A stretch of DNA of 32,000 bases from Deinococcus radiodurans R1 = ATCC 13939 = DSM 20539 (GTDB lineage Bacteria; Deinococcota; Deinococci; Deinococcales; Deinococcaceae): assembly GCF_000008565.1 (NCBI RefSeq), contig NC_001263.1, positions 1,790,603 to 1,822,602 on the forward strand. The letters run 5' to 3'. The position numbers and the translations under genes were made by a program. Of the stretch, positions 24,032-32,000 are shown in pieces. The notes under the pieces were generated by a model. The model was not told the origin of the DNA and searched no databases. It saw only the letters and a program-made list of their open reading frames with translations. Every line of letters begins with the position of its first letter. Positions within the stretch are counted from its first letter, which is position 1.

Positions 24032-24340
24032 ATGCCCCCCGCCGTCTCGTTTTCCGGTCCCAGACGCATTCCCTACCCCGGCGGCTGCGTGACCGAGCCC
24101 GCGCCTTACGCGCTCGACTACCTGCTGAAATGGCCCGCCGACGTGACAGTGAACGGCGAAGTTCATCATGGCAAGCCGGTCTTTCCCTTCGTGCAGGAAC
24201 TGCTGGCCGACCCCGCCGCGCACGGCCTGACGCCGGCGGAGGCCGGGGCCGCCCGTGACCTGTTTGTGGATCTGGCGGGGCAAGCGCTTGAAGCCGAAGG
24301 TGGGAAACGGGAATGGCTGCGGCGGGAGTTCGAGCGCTGA
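24032..24340 (+). CDS. Small hypothetical protein (102 aa)
   Basis: High GC3. -10-like TACACT (24020-24025) lies 6 nt upstream of the ATG, which suggests a leaderless mRNA. Its 3' end overlaps the MocR start by 28 nt. Confidence 0.55.
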   Translation: MPPAVSFSGPRRIPYPGGCVTEPAPYALDYLLKWPADVTVNGEVHHGKPVFPFVQELLADPAAHGLTPAEAGAARDLFVDLAGQALEAEGGKREWLRREFER

Positions 24341-25752
24341 GCAGGAACGCCGTGCTGGACGACCTCACCCTGCTGCCCCCCGAAACTGGCGAAGCGCTGC
24401 ACACCCGCACCGAGCGCACCCTGCGGGCAGCGATTGGGCAGGGACGGCTGCCGCAGGGCACCCGGCTGCCGGGGCACCGGGCGCTGGCGGCGGCGCTGGG
24501 CGTGTCGCGCAATACGCTGGTAGACGCACTGGCACAGCTCGAAATCGAAGGGTACGTGGAGGTGCGTGGGCGCAGCGGCACGCGGGTCTGTGTGCCGCCC
24601 GACGAGGCCGCGCCGCCTTCTCCCCCGCCCCTGCCGCTGAGTGCCTGGGCGCGCCGGGCGCTGGGCGGGCAGGTGGAGGACGCGGGCGGCGAGTATGAGT
24701 TCGACCTACGCATTGGGCAGCCGGTGCCGGAGCTCTACCCAGCGCGCGCGTGGGCGCAGGCCCTCGCTCGCCGCGCTGCCGCGCCGCATGAGGGAGAGGG
24801 CTGCGCGACCCCCTCGGCCCGCCGCGAAACCCGCCGCGCCCTGGCCGCCTACCTGCGCTCGGAACGCGGGGCGCAGGTGACGCCGGAGATGATTTTGCTC
24901 ACCGGGGGCACGCAGTCCTCGCTCGATGCCCTGTCGCGCATCCTGCTCGAACCGGGGCGGCTGGCGGTGACCGAGCAGCCGGGGTATCCGGGCGCCCACG
25001 CAGCGTTCAGCGCAACCGGGGCGCAGGTGCTCGGCGCGGCGGTGGACGGCGGGGGCCTGCGCCCGGGCGACCTCCCGGCGCGGGCTGACCTGCTTTACCT
25101 CACCCCGGCGTGCCAGTACCCCACCACCGTGACCCTGGGCGCGGCGCGGCGGCAGGAGGTCATTCGCTGGGCGCGGCGCAGCGGGGCATTTGTTCTCGAA
25201 GACGACTACGCCGCCGACCTGCACTGGCAGGGGCGGCCCCCGAGCGTCTTGCAGGGCCAGGCGCCCGACCGGGTGATTTTGCTCGGCAGCTTTTCCAAGA
25301 GCCTGGCCCCCGTGACCCGCAGCGGCTTCGTGGTGGCGCCGCCGGAGGTGACCGAGGTGCTTTCGCGCACCCGGCCCCTCACCGACCGGGTGCCCGGCGT
25401 GCTCGACGCCCTGGCGCTCGCCGACGTGCTCGCCTCGGGCGCCTACACCCGGCACCTGCGGCGCGCCCGCGCCCTGCTCGCGCACCGTGGGGGGGCGCTG
25501 CTCACGGCGCTGCGGACCGAGCTGCCCCAGTGGGAAGCGTTGCCTGCCCGCGCCGGGCTGCACCTGTACGTGCGCCTGCCCCCCGGCAGCGACGAACAGG
25601 CGATCCTGGCCAGCGCCGCGCGGCTGGGGGTGGCCCTGTCCCCGGCGCGGTCAGGGGAGGCAGGAGGCGAACCGGCGGTGCTGCTCGCCTTCGGGCACCT
25701 CAGCCCCGAGGCGCTGCGACGGGCGGTGCGGCGGCTGCGGGCGTTGTCCTAG
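24313..25752 (+). CDS. MocR/PdxR-type regulator: GntR wHTH fused to a class-I aminotransferase-like PLP domain
   Basis: N-terminal [41 protein letters not shown] is a GntR HTH. The C-terminal ~350 aa are aminotransferase-fold (GSFSKSLAP has the Lys position). The exact start is uncertain. Confidence 0.85.
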   Translation: MAAAGVRALSRNAVLDDLTLLPPETGEALHTRTERTLRAAIGQGRLPQGTRLPGHRALAAALGVSRNTLVDALAQLEIEGYVEVRGRSGTRVCVPPDEAAPPSPPPLPLSAWARRALGGQVEDAGGEYEFDLRIGQPVPELYPARAWAQALARRAAAPHEGEGCATPSARRETRRALAAYLRSERGAQVTPEMILLTGGTQSSLDALSRILLEPGRLAVTEQPGYPGAHAAFSATGAQVLGAAVDGGGLRPGDLPARADLLYLTPACQYPTTVTLGAARRQEVIRWARRSGAFVLEDDYAADLHWQGRPPSVLQGQAPDRVILLGSFSKSLAPVTRSGFVVAPPEVTEVLSRTRPLTDRVPGVLDALALADVLASGAYTRHLRRARALLAHRGGALLTALRTELPQWEALPARAGLHLYVRLPPGSDEQAILASAARLGVALSPARSGEAGGEPAVLLAFGHLSPEALRRAVRRLRALS

Positions 25753-25754
25753 AG

Positions 25755-25935
25755 CCTTTGACAAAAAGATGGCACAGCTTTTTGGCGAGCGAAGCGAGTA
25801 CAAAACACGGAGCAGAACGGACTTGCAAAGCTGCGAAGCAGAGAATGAAGCGGGTGGCGGTGCCGCTGCCGACGCACGCGTCATTCGGAGAACTGCTCTA
25901 GCGGTCTCTGCTCTCCATTCCTCTGTTCTCACAGA
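25755..25935. repeat. Deinococcus small noncoding repeat (SNR-type), copy 3 (inverted relative to copy 4)
   Basis: Positions 25818-25843 (CGGACTTGCAAAGCTGCGAAGCAGAG) are the reverse complement of 28934-28959 at 24/26 nt. The region is AT-richer and non-coding. Confidence 0.75.
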
Positions 25936-25962
25936 ATGCGGCAGGGGTTACCATGTGGGCCA

Positions 25963-26346
25963 ATGCGTATCTTGCTTGTAGCTCTGGCGGCGGCTCTTGC
26001 CGCGCTGTATTTCACGCTGGGGCTGCGGCTGGGGTATCTCACCCTGACTGAAACGTACCTGCTGCACGCCTCAGGCACCAACACCTATTCCTTCCGCACC
26101 CTGGAAGACCGCCAGTTTGTCGGCGTGACCGGCTCGTGCCGCGTCCGCAGTGGGCGCGCTGCCGTGCGGCTTTACAACCCGCTGGGCAAGCAGGTCGCCG
26201 GACAGGTCTGCGAGCAAGGCCCCCGCAACGACTGGAGCCTGAACGTCCTCGGCGGCGGACAGGCCGGCACTTACCGCCTGGTCGTGAACTTCGACCAGTA
26301 CACCGGCAGCATCAACCTCAAGGAAGCGCGCTCGGGCGGGCAGTAA
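25963..26346 (+). CDS. Small exported/membrane-anchored hypothetical protein
   Basis: From the ATG at 25963: MRILLVALAAALAALYFTLGL is a signal or anchor. A beta-rich ~100-aa domain with two Cys follows. Confidence 0.55.
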   Translation: MRILLVALAAALAALYFTLGLRLGYLTLTETYLLHASGTNTYSFRTLEDRQFVGVTGSCRVRSGRAAVRLYNPLGKQVAGQVCEQGPRNDWSLNVLGGGQAGTYRLVVNFDQYTGSINLKEARSGGQ

Positions 26347-26432
26347 GCGGGGCAATAAACGGCAAGGACAGGAAGCGGGAAAAGTTGCCACGTTGGCCGG
26401 AACAGGGGCCGCCGTCCGCTACACTCCCCCCC

Positions 26433-27401
26433 ATGCCCGAATCGCCTGTCCCGCTTGAATTCACCGCCGACCCTGGCCGCCTCGACGCGGTCGTCTCTCT
26501 CCTCAGCGGGGTCAGCCGCTCGCAGGTGGCGGGGTGGATCGAAGCGGGGCTGGTCGAAATAGATGGCCGGGCGGCGAGCAAGGCCAGTCAGAAACTGCGC
26601 GGCGGCGAGGCCCTGCGCGTGTCTCCCCCGCCGCTTCCCTCGGCGCAGGTGGAGCCCGAGGACGTGCCGCTCGACGTGATTTTCGAGGACGAGCACCTTA
26701 TCGCCATCAACAAGCCGCCCGGCATGGTCACCCACCCGGCGCCCGGCGTCATCTCGGGCACGCTGGTTAACGCTTTGCTCGGGCGCATGAGCCTGCCCGA
26801 GCAGCAGGATTTCGACGGTCCGGACGGCTACCGCCCCGGCATCGTGCACCGGCTCGACAAGGACACCAGCGGCGTCATCGTGGTCGCCAAGACGGTGGCC
26901 GCGCACGCCCGCCTCGCCGCTGCGTTCAAGGACCGCGAGACGAAAAAGACCTACCTGGCGATTGCCGCCGGGGCGTGGAAGGCCGAGCGGCCCGTACAGG
27001 TGGACGCCCCCATTGGCCGCCACCAGATTCAGCGCCAGCGCATGACGGTGGGCGGCGCAGGAGCGCGGGAAGCGCAAACGCTTTTCACCCCGCTCGACGC
27101 CCACCCCGACGGGCACGGACGCACGCTGGCCCTTGTCCGCGCCCAGCCGCGTACCGGACGCACCCACCAGATTCGCGTCCACCTCGCGCACCTCGGCAGC
27201 CCGATTCTGGGCGACGCCGTGTACGGACGGGCGAGCGAAATCATGCCCCGCCACGCGCTGCACGCTCAGTTCCTGGAGGTGCCGCATCCGGTCAGTGGGG
27301 ACATCCTGCACCTGCAAGCCGCCGTGCCAGAAGACCTGCTGGGCGCGTGGGTGGGGCTCGGCGGAAGGTGGGACCCGGCGTGGGAGCAGGCGCCGCAGTA
27401 G
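26433..27401 (+). CDS. rluD: RluA-family 23S rRNA pseudouridine synthase (RluD-like, N-terminal S4 domain)
   Basis: Motifs HRLDKDTSGVIVVAK and TGRTHQIRVHLA, plus an S4-like N-terminus. TACACT (26420-26425) lies 7 nt upstream of the ATG. The longer tracked ORF overlaps the previous gene. Confidence 0.88.
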   Translation: MPESPVPLEFTADPGRLDAVVSLLSGVSRSQVAGWIEAGLVEIDGRAASKASQKLRGGEALRVSPPPLPSAQVEPEDVPLDVIFEDEHLIAINKPPGMVTHPAPGVISGTLVNALLGRMSLPEQQDFDGPDGYRPGIVHRLDKDTSGVIVVAKTVAAHARLAAAFKDRETKKTYLAIAAGAWKAERPVQVDAPIGRHQIQRQRMTVGGAGAREAQTLFTPLDAHPDGHGRTLALVRAQPRTGRTHQIRVHLAHLGSPILGDAVYGRASEIMPRHALHAQFLEVPHPVSGDILHLQAAVPEDLLGAWVGLGGRWDPAWEQAPQ

Positions 27402-27502
27402 AACATTAGACGGAAAGAAAGTGCGTGTTTTTGACCCTCTCCGCTGGTGGAGAGGCCCTTGCGAAGCAAGGGGTGAGGGGGTCTGTTTCCGCCAAGTCCT
27501 CC

Positions 27503-27539
27503 AACAAAACGCCCCGACCTCACGCTCAGGCCGGGGCGA
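27503..27539 (-). terminator. Intrinsic terminator of the MRJP/yellow-family gene
   Basis: Minus-strand RNA CGCCCCGGCC-ugagcguga-GGUCGGGGCG followed by UUUUGUUGG. It lies 17 nt downstream of the stop. Confidence 0.75.
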
Positions 27540-27555
27540 AGGGTCAACGTGCAGC

Positions 27556-28722
27556 TTATTTCAGCAGCACCGGCTTGGCATCGAGCTTCATCCGCAGCAG
27601 GGTGTAGGGCTTGACGCGCTGGTCCTTGCCGAAGTGGTAGCCGCCCTGACGGTTGAGCTGGTCGTTGAGGACGTACAGGTAGCTGCCCTGTATTGCCAGC
27701 GTATCGGGCCAGATCAGGCGGGGGTCACGCGCCAGCGTTTGCAGTTCGCCGGTCGGCAGGCGGCGCACCAGGGCGCCCTGCTCGTAGTTGGTGATGTAGA
27801 TGTTTCCGGCGGTGTCCTCGGCCAGGCCGTCGGCGGCGCCCTTCTCGCCCAGGTCCTTCACCTGCTTTTTCACCTCGGCGTCGCTGAGGCCCTGGTCACG
27901 CAGCGCGGCGGTCGGCACGGCGTAGAGCCGGCGCGAGGCGGTGGGCGCGTAGTAGAGCGTGGCGCCGTCGGGGCTGATGGCAAGCGAGTCGGCCCCGAAG
28001 CCCAGGTGGGTGGCCGGGCCGCCCTTGGGCCGCTGGAAGAGGGCCTGCCCCTCCACGTAGGGCACGAAGCCAGGCACGGGCTTAACGGTCTCGTCGCCCG
28101 TCAGCTTGCGCCACGATTTGCCGCTGGCGAGGTCCACCACGATCAGCCCCGAGCCGCTCTTGGCCCCCGAGTCGGTGATGTATGCCACGCCGCCCGTGCC
28201 CTGACGCAGGTCGATGCGCAGGTCGTTGAGGTAAGTATTTTTCAGCGCCACGTCGGCAGGAAAGTGGATGGTCTTGACGACTTCGTTGGTGTGGGTGTCG
28301 ATGCCCACCAGCTTGACCGCCCGCTGGTCGAGAATCGGTCCCAGGTTCCTGGTGCCGGTGTCGAGCACCCACAGCCGGTCCCGGGCGTCCACCAGCAGCC
28401 CCTGCACGCCGATGAAGGTGGTGTCGGGCTTCGATAGGTCACGGGTGTTGATGGCGCGGTTGGGGTAGGGCACTTCCCGCCCGCCCTTGATCTCGGCAAT
28501 CGAGAAGGGCACGTCGTCTTCCCAGTTGGGGTAGGAGACGAACATGCGGCCCTGCGAGTTGACGGTCACGCCGATGGGCATGTGGCCGTAGAAGCGGTGC
28601 ACGACTTCGAGCTTGCCCGCCGCCTGCGATACGGGAGCGCTCGGGAGGGCACGCGGCAGCGCGACGGCGGCGGACGACAGCAGCGCGAGGCTGGTCAGGT
28701 AGGCGGTCAGCTTGATTTTCAT
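27556..28722 (-). CDS. Secreted major-royal-jelly-protein/yellow family protein
   Basis: 388 aa with a signal peptide MKIKLTAYLTSLALLSSAAVA. The beta-propeller-like body (VNSQGRMFVSYPNW, LLVDARDRLWVLDTG, GVAYITD, LNDQLNRQ) resembles the MRJP/yellow family, which is known to have a Deinococcus member. Confidence 0.75.
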   Translation of the reverse strand: MKIKLTAYLTSLALLSSAAVALPRALPSAPVSQAAGKLEVVHRFYGHMPIGVTVNSQGRMFVSYPNWEDDVPFSIAEIKGGREVPYPNRAINTRDLSKPDTTFIGVQGLLVDARDRLWVLDTGTRNLGPILDQRAVKLVGIDTHTNEVVKTIHFPADVALKNTYLNDLRIDLRQGTGGVAYITDSGAKSGSGLIVVDLASGKSWRKLTGDETVKPVPGFVPYVEGQALFQRPKGGPATHLGFGADSLAISPDGATLYYAPTASRRLYAVPTAALRDQGLSDAEVKKQVKDLGEKGAADGLAEDTAGNIYITNYEQGALVRRLPTGELQTLARDPRLIWPDTLAIQGSYLYVLNDQLNRQGGYHFGKDQRVKPYTLLRMKLDAKPVLLK

Positions 28723-28842
28723 CAGGGGTATAAGACGCCCGCCCCCCGGTCCGGCGGATGTGAGCGGCGGGAGCTTTAAGGAAGCATAAACAGCGGTCTA
28801 GACGTGTTTTGCCGGGGTTCTATGGCCTCTGGCGGGCGAGTC

Positions 28843-29012
28843 ATACAGAGCTGAACTCTTCTTCAGAGATGTCGGAAAAGCGCCGCCTGTGCATCCATAT
28901 CGCGGAATCCGTATTTTTTCCTGCTCGCATCCGCTCTGCTGCGCAGCTTTGCAAGTCGGATTGAATCTGAAACCACCAGATTCAATCGGAATCCGTATCA
29001 GCTCCGTATCAG
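28843..29012. repeat. Deinococcus small noncoding repeat (SNR-type), copy 4
   Basis: It shares a 44-nt module with copy 1 and a 26-nt module, inverted, with copy 3. It contains the hairpin GATTGAATCTG-aaaccac-CAGATTCAATC and a duplicated TCCGTAT motif. Confidence 0.8.
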
Positions 29013-29025
29013 GCGGCGGGGAGCC

Positions 29026-30447
29026 TCACAGCCCCCCCGCCGCCAGCTCCACCGCCCGCATCAGGGCCGCCGCCTTGTTGCGCGTTTCCTGCTCCTCCAG
29101 CTCGGGCACGCTGTCGGCGACCACACCCGCCCCGGCCTGGATGTGGACCTTGCCGTTCGCAATCACCATCGTCCGCAGGGTGAGCGCCATGTCGAGGCTG
29201 CCATCGAAAGCGACGTAGCCGAAGCAGCCGCCATACGGCCCCCGGCGCACGGGTTCGAGTTCGTCGATGATTTCCATCGCCCGGATTTTGGGTGCGCCGC
29301 TGACCGTGCCCATCGGTAGCACCGAGGCGAGCGCGTGCAGTGGCGTCTGCCCCTCCCGCAGTTCGCCGCGCACGCCCGAGACGATGTGCATGACGTGGCT
29401 GTAGCGCTCGATGGAAAAGGCGTTTTCGACCTTGACGGTGCCGTAAGCGCTCACCTTGCCGATGTCGTTGCGCCCGAGGTCCACCAGCATTAAGTGTTCG
29501 GCGCGCTCCTTTTCGTCGGCGAGCAGTTCGGCGGCGAGCGCGTCGTCCTCGGCCTCAGTCGCCCCGCGCTTGCGGGTGCCGGCAATCGGACGGGTGACCA
29601 CGCTCACGCCGTCGCTGCGCAGCAGGCTCTCGGGGCTGCTCGCCACCAGTGTCACCTCGCCCAGCGCCAGATAGCCGAGGTAGGGGCTGGGGTTCACCCG
29701 CCGCAGGGCGCGGTAGAGCGCGAAGGGGTGCAGGTCGCCCAGCTCGGCGCTGAAACGCTGCGAGGGCACGAACTGGAAAATGTCGCCCGCGTGGACATAC
29801 TCCTTGCCCCGGCGCACCGCCTCCATGTACTCCGCCGGCGTGAAGTTGCTGCGGAACTCGGGCGCGGCGGTGGGCGTTTGCCCCGGCACCTCCGGCAGCG
29901 GGCCGCGCAGCCGGGTGAGCAGGCGCTCCACCTCGGCGTCGGCCTGCGCCTGCTCCTCCGCAGCCGCCACCACCACCAGCCGGTGCTTGAGGTGGTCGAA
30001 AATCACCAGCCCACGCGGCGCCACGAACAGCGCGTCGGGCAGCTTCAGTTCATCGGGGTTGGCGTCGGGCAGCTTTTCGTAGGCGCGGATGATGTCGTAG
30101 GCCGCGTACCCCACTGCGCCGCCTACCAGCGCAGGCAATCCGGCGGGCACGTCCAGCGGGCGGGTCGTGACGCGGTAGAGCCGGGCGAGCGGGTCGGCTT
30201 CCTCGCCGTCGAAGTCACCGAATTGCCCGCTGCTCTGCACCCGTCCGGCGCAGGCGCGAAACGTGCCCTGCTCGCCCACGCCGATAAACGAGTAGCGCCC
30301 CAGCTTTTCGCCCGCTTCCACGCTTTCGAGCAAGAACGACACCGTTTCTCCCTGTGCGGCCTTGAGGTAAGCGGTGACGGGCGTGTCGAGGTCGGCATTG
30401 AGTTCATGGACGGCGAGACAGGTCGGGTGGGCAGAGGTCTGGGACAT
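29026..30447 (-). CDS. trpE: Anthranilate synthase component I
   Basis: 473 aa. Motifs LLESVE, GAVGYAAYD, IAGTRKRG, HLMLVDLGRNDIG and GAPKIRAMEIIDELE. AAGGAG SD upstream. Confidence 0.95.
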   Translation of the reverse strand: MSQTSAHPTCLAVHELNADLDTPVTAYLKAAQGETVSFLLESVEAGEKLGRYSFIGVGEQGTFRACAGRVQSSGQFGDFDGEEADPLARLYRVTTRPLDVPAGLPALVGGAVGYAAYDIIRAYEKLPDANPDELKLPDALFVAPRGLVIFDHLKHRLVVVAAAEEQAQADAEVERLLTRLRGPLPEVPGQTPTAAPEFRSNFTPAEYMEAVRRGKEYVHAGDIFQFVPSQRFSAELGDLHPFALYRALRRVNPSPYLGYLALGEVTLVASSPESLLRSDGVSVVTRPIAGTRKRGATEAEDDALAAELLADEKERAEHLMLVDLGRNDIGKVSAYGTVKVENAFSIERYSHVMHIVSGVRGELREGQTPLHALASVLPMGTVSGAPKIRAMEIIDELEPVRRGPYGGCFGYVAFDGSLDMALTLRTMVIANGKVHIQAGAGVVADSVPELEEQETRNKAAALMRAVELAAGGL

Positions 30448-30476
30448 GGGCAGGACTCCTTATGGACTGAGCGGGG

Positions 30477-30513
30477 CACAACAAAACGCCCCGGGCGCGG
30501 AAAGCCGGGGCGT
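30477..30513 (-). terminator. Attenuator-type intrinsic terminator in the trpE 5' leader
   Basis: Minus-strand RNA ACGCCCCGG-cuuuccgcgc-CCGGGGCGU is a 9-bp perfect stem, followed by UUUGUUGUG. It lies about 30 nt upstream of the trpE ATG. Confidence 0.7.
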
Positions 30514-30538
30514 GTGCGGAGATAAGAAAACGCGGCAC

Positions 30539-30586
30539 TCAGACCCAGCGGGAGCGGGGCCACCACGAAGTGCGGCGGGTCAACAT
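30539..30586 (-). promoter_or_regulatory. Candidate trp leader peptide ORF (MLTRRTSWWPRSRWV*)
   Basis: 15-codon ORF with tandem TGG-TGG and a third TGG. TACCTT (complement of 30593-30598) lies 6 nt upstream of the ATG and there is no SD. It shares WWPR and a GCGU-U-rich tract with the trpG leader. Confidence 0.65.
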
Positions 30587-30643
30587 GAGGGGAAGGTAGC
30601 GCGGGGAAGGGCGGCGGCGGGCGGGGTGTCTAGCAGAGGTCGC

Positions 30644-31294
30644 TTAGCGCAGCGCCACCCAGCCCAGCGCCAGCAGCAGCGCGGCACCGATGCCCAGCAC
30701 GCTCAGGGCCTGCACGCGGGTCTTTTTCAGGAACAGCAGCACGCCGATGCCGGTGAGGGCCACCACCGTCAGAAACACGCCGCTGAGGTCAATCACCCAT
30801 TTCCACGCGCCGGGGGCGTCGCGGCCCTTGTGCAGGTCGTTGAGAACCGCTACCGCGCCCTGTTGCTGGATGTCCACCGTATACTTGCCGGTCTGCGTGT
30901 CGATGACTGCGTCGGCGCTGTAGCCGGGGGCCAGAAAGGACACGCTCGCCTCGGTGCCGTCCACCCGGGGGCTGTCGGCGTGCCCGTGCAGGTTTTGCTG
31001 CTCACGGAGGGCCTCGGCGGTGGTGAGCCAGTTGACCTCGCCGCCCTTGATCCAGCCGCCCGGCAGCGTGCCCGTCACCTTCTGCTCGACTTCCTGCGTG
31101 CCGAACACCCAATCGGGATGGTTGAGGGTCACGCCGCTCAGCGCAAAAAACAGCACCGCAAGCAGGCTGATCATGGAGGTGTAGGTGTGCAGCCAGCGCA
31201 GCCACTTGTTCGCCTGCGCCTTAGCATTGGGGGCCTTAGCGTTGGGGCGGCGGGCCGGGGCCACGTCCCGCTCAGGCCTTGCCGAAGCTGACAT
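30644..31294 (-). CDS. PepSY-associated TM helix family membrane protein
   Basis: WLRWLHTYTSMISLLAVLFFALSGVTLNHPDW is typical of PepSY_TM-like proteins. A second TM pair lies at the C-terminus. It overlaps the upstream gene's 3' end by 23 nt, so the start is uncertain. Confidence 0.7.
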   Translation of the reverse strand: MSASARPERDVAPARRPNAKAPNAKAQANKWLRWLHTYTSMISLLAVLFFALSGVTLNHPDWVFGTQEVEQKVTGTLPGGWIKGGEVNWLTTAEALREQQNLHGHADSPRVDGTEASVSFLAPGYSADAVIDTQTGKYTVDIQQQGAVAVLNDLHKGRDAPGAWKWVIDLSGVFLTVVALTGIGVLLFLKKTRVQALSVLGIGAALLLALGWVALR

Positions 31295-31862
31295 TCACGG
31301 CCTCGATGTCGCCGTCGGCCCCCAGGCTCTTTTTGAAGGCGCTCGTTCCGACGCTCACCTTCTGGCGCACCAGCCCGTAGGGACCATGCTCGCGGCCCGA
31401 CTCGACGCAGACATAGTAGTCGCCCTGCGGCGCGAGTGCGTTCTTGTCGGTTTTGCCGTCCCAGGCGACCGCGTAGGTGCCGGGGTTACGGGTGGCGCTG
31501 CTCACCGTGCTCACGAGCTGGCCGTTGTCGCGGGTCCAGCGGCGCAGACTTTCTTCGAGCCAGCGCGGGTTCAGGCGGCGCTGCTGTACCCACACCGTCA
31601 GGGTGCGGACGGTTTTGCCGCTCTCGTCCTCGATCCAGACCGCCACAAAGGGGCGCTTAACTCGCCCACTGGCTTTGGTCGCCACGCTGAACTGAATATC
31701 GAGCTGCATGCCGCTGGCCCAGGCTTTGCTGCTGGTCGCGGCCTCCGCCAGCGCGCCGGGCACCACGCGCGAGGCGCCGAGCGCGGCGGCAGCGACGGCG
31801 AGCTTGCCGAGAAAGGAACGGCGGGTCTGTTGGACTTCGGGGGCAGTTTCGTTTCTGGTCAT
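31272..31862 (-). CDS. Tat-exported DUF2271-like periplasmic protein (putative ApbE flavinylation substrate)
   Basis: Twin-arginine signal TRRSFLGKLAVAAAALGA. A beta-rich domain carries TVSSATRNPG, which is like [S/T]-[G/S]-A-[S/T]. It is typically found with PepSY-TM and ApbE. Confidence 0.6.
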   Translation of the reverse strand: MTRNETAPEVQQTRRSFLGKLAVAAAALGASRVVPGALAEAATSSKAWASGMQLDIQFSVATKASGRVKRPFVAVWIEDESGKTVRTLTVWVQQRRLNPRWLEESLRRWTRDNGQLVSTVSSATRNPGTYAVAWDGKTDKNALAPQGDYYVCVESGREHGPYGLVRQKVSVGTSAFKKSLGADGDIEAVNVSFGKA

Positions 31863-31928
31863 AGGTCTTCTCCTTGTGGCCGTGCTGTGGTTCTGAGCAG
31901 AAGATGCCCGGAAGACGTTAGGCGGCGG

Positions 31929-32000
31929 TTAACGCCAGTTCGTGCTCTGGAGCTGCGCGCCGTCCCGCGTGACCAGCAGGGCCGCGCAGCCGGGGGTTTC
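31929..32000 (-). CDS. 3' end of an upstream co-directional gene (possibly ApbE-like), truncated by the window edge
   Basis: The minus-strand frame reads ..ETPGCAALLVTRDGAQLQSTNWR* with high GC3. The ApbE guess rests on genomic context only. Confidence 0.3.
   Translation of the reverse strand, partial: ETPGCAALLVTRDGAQLQSTNWR

Noticed and set aside
23937-24713. 258-aa minus-strand ORF across the 24032 ORF and the MocR start
   Set aside because: It is Arg/Ser/Pro/Ala-rich and antisense to two better-supported genes.
26136-26432. N-terminal extension of the rluD ORF
   Set aside because: It overlaps the preceding small gene and the intergenic spacer. S4-domain homology and the leaderless -10 signature support the ATG at 26433.
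27434-27480. Two adjacent 7-bp hairpins (CCTCTCC/GGAGAGG and CCCTTGC/GCAAGGG) after rluD
   Set aside because: No U-run follows them and I found no second copy in the window. I cannot call them a terminator or a repeat family with confidence.
27133-28437. 434-aa plus-strand ORF overlapping the rluD 3' end and antisense to the MRJP gene
   Set aside because: The MRJP frame has a signal peptide, a terminator and family motifs. This ORF crosses an intergenic terminator region.

Overview
High-GC (about 65-70%) bacterial chromosomal window. The gene content and repeat families point to Deinococcus, most likely D. radiodurans; that assignment comes from recognition, not from a search. It is mostly housekeeping sequence.

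Recognisable genes:
- Repair: uvrA and uvrD. Each has a 17-bp palindrome upstream that fits the radiation/desiccation response motif.
- Tryptophan: trpG-trpD and a separate trpE.
- Leucine: leuC, leuD and leuB.
- Others: rluD-like pseudouridine synthase, a Nudix hydrolase, a MocR/GntR regulator, a two-domain VOC protein, an AhpD-like protein, an MRJP/yellow-family protein, a PQQ-like beta-propeller protein, a leucine-rich-variant repeat protein, a DUF2271-PepSY(-ApbE) module, and a truncated IS4-type transposase at the left edge.

Most interesting signals:
1. Three short leaderless leader ORFs, each followed by a terminator hairpin with a U-run. The two in front of trpG-trpD and trpE carry tandem Trp codons (WWPR). 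The one in front of leuC carries LLLRL with three CTT codons. All three share a GCGC-TAYNNT-N6-ATG architecture. I read these as ribosome-mediated attenuators.
2. leuC and leuD are separated by a tightly packed, co-directional five-gene cassette of unknown function. It holds three small multi-TM proteins, one apparently frameshifted, and two tandem paralogous hyper-acidic proteins. Each acidic protein is built from three repeated modules.
3. Four copies of a mosaic, hairpin-rich small noncoding repeat sit in intergenic regions.

I recognised no rRNA, tRNA or CRISPR array.
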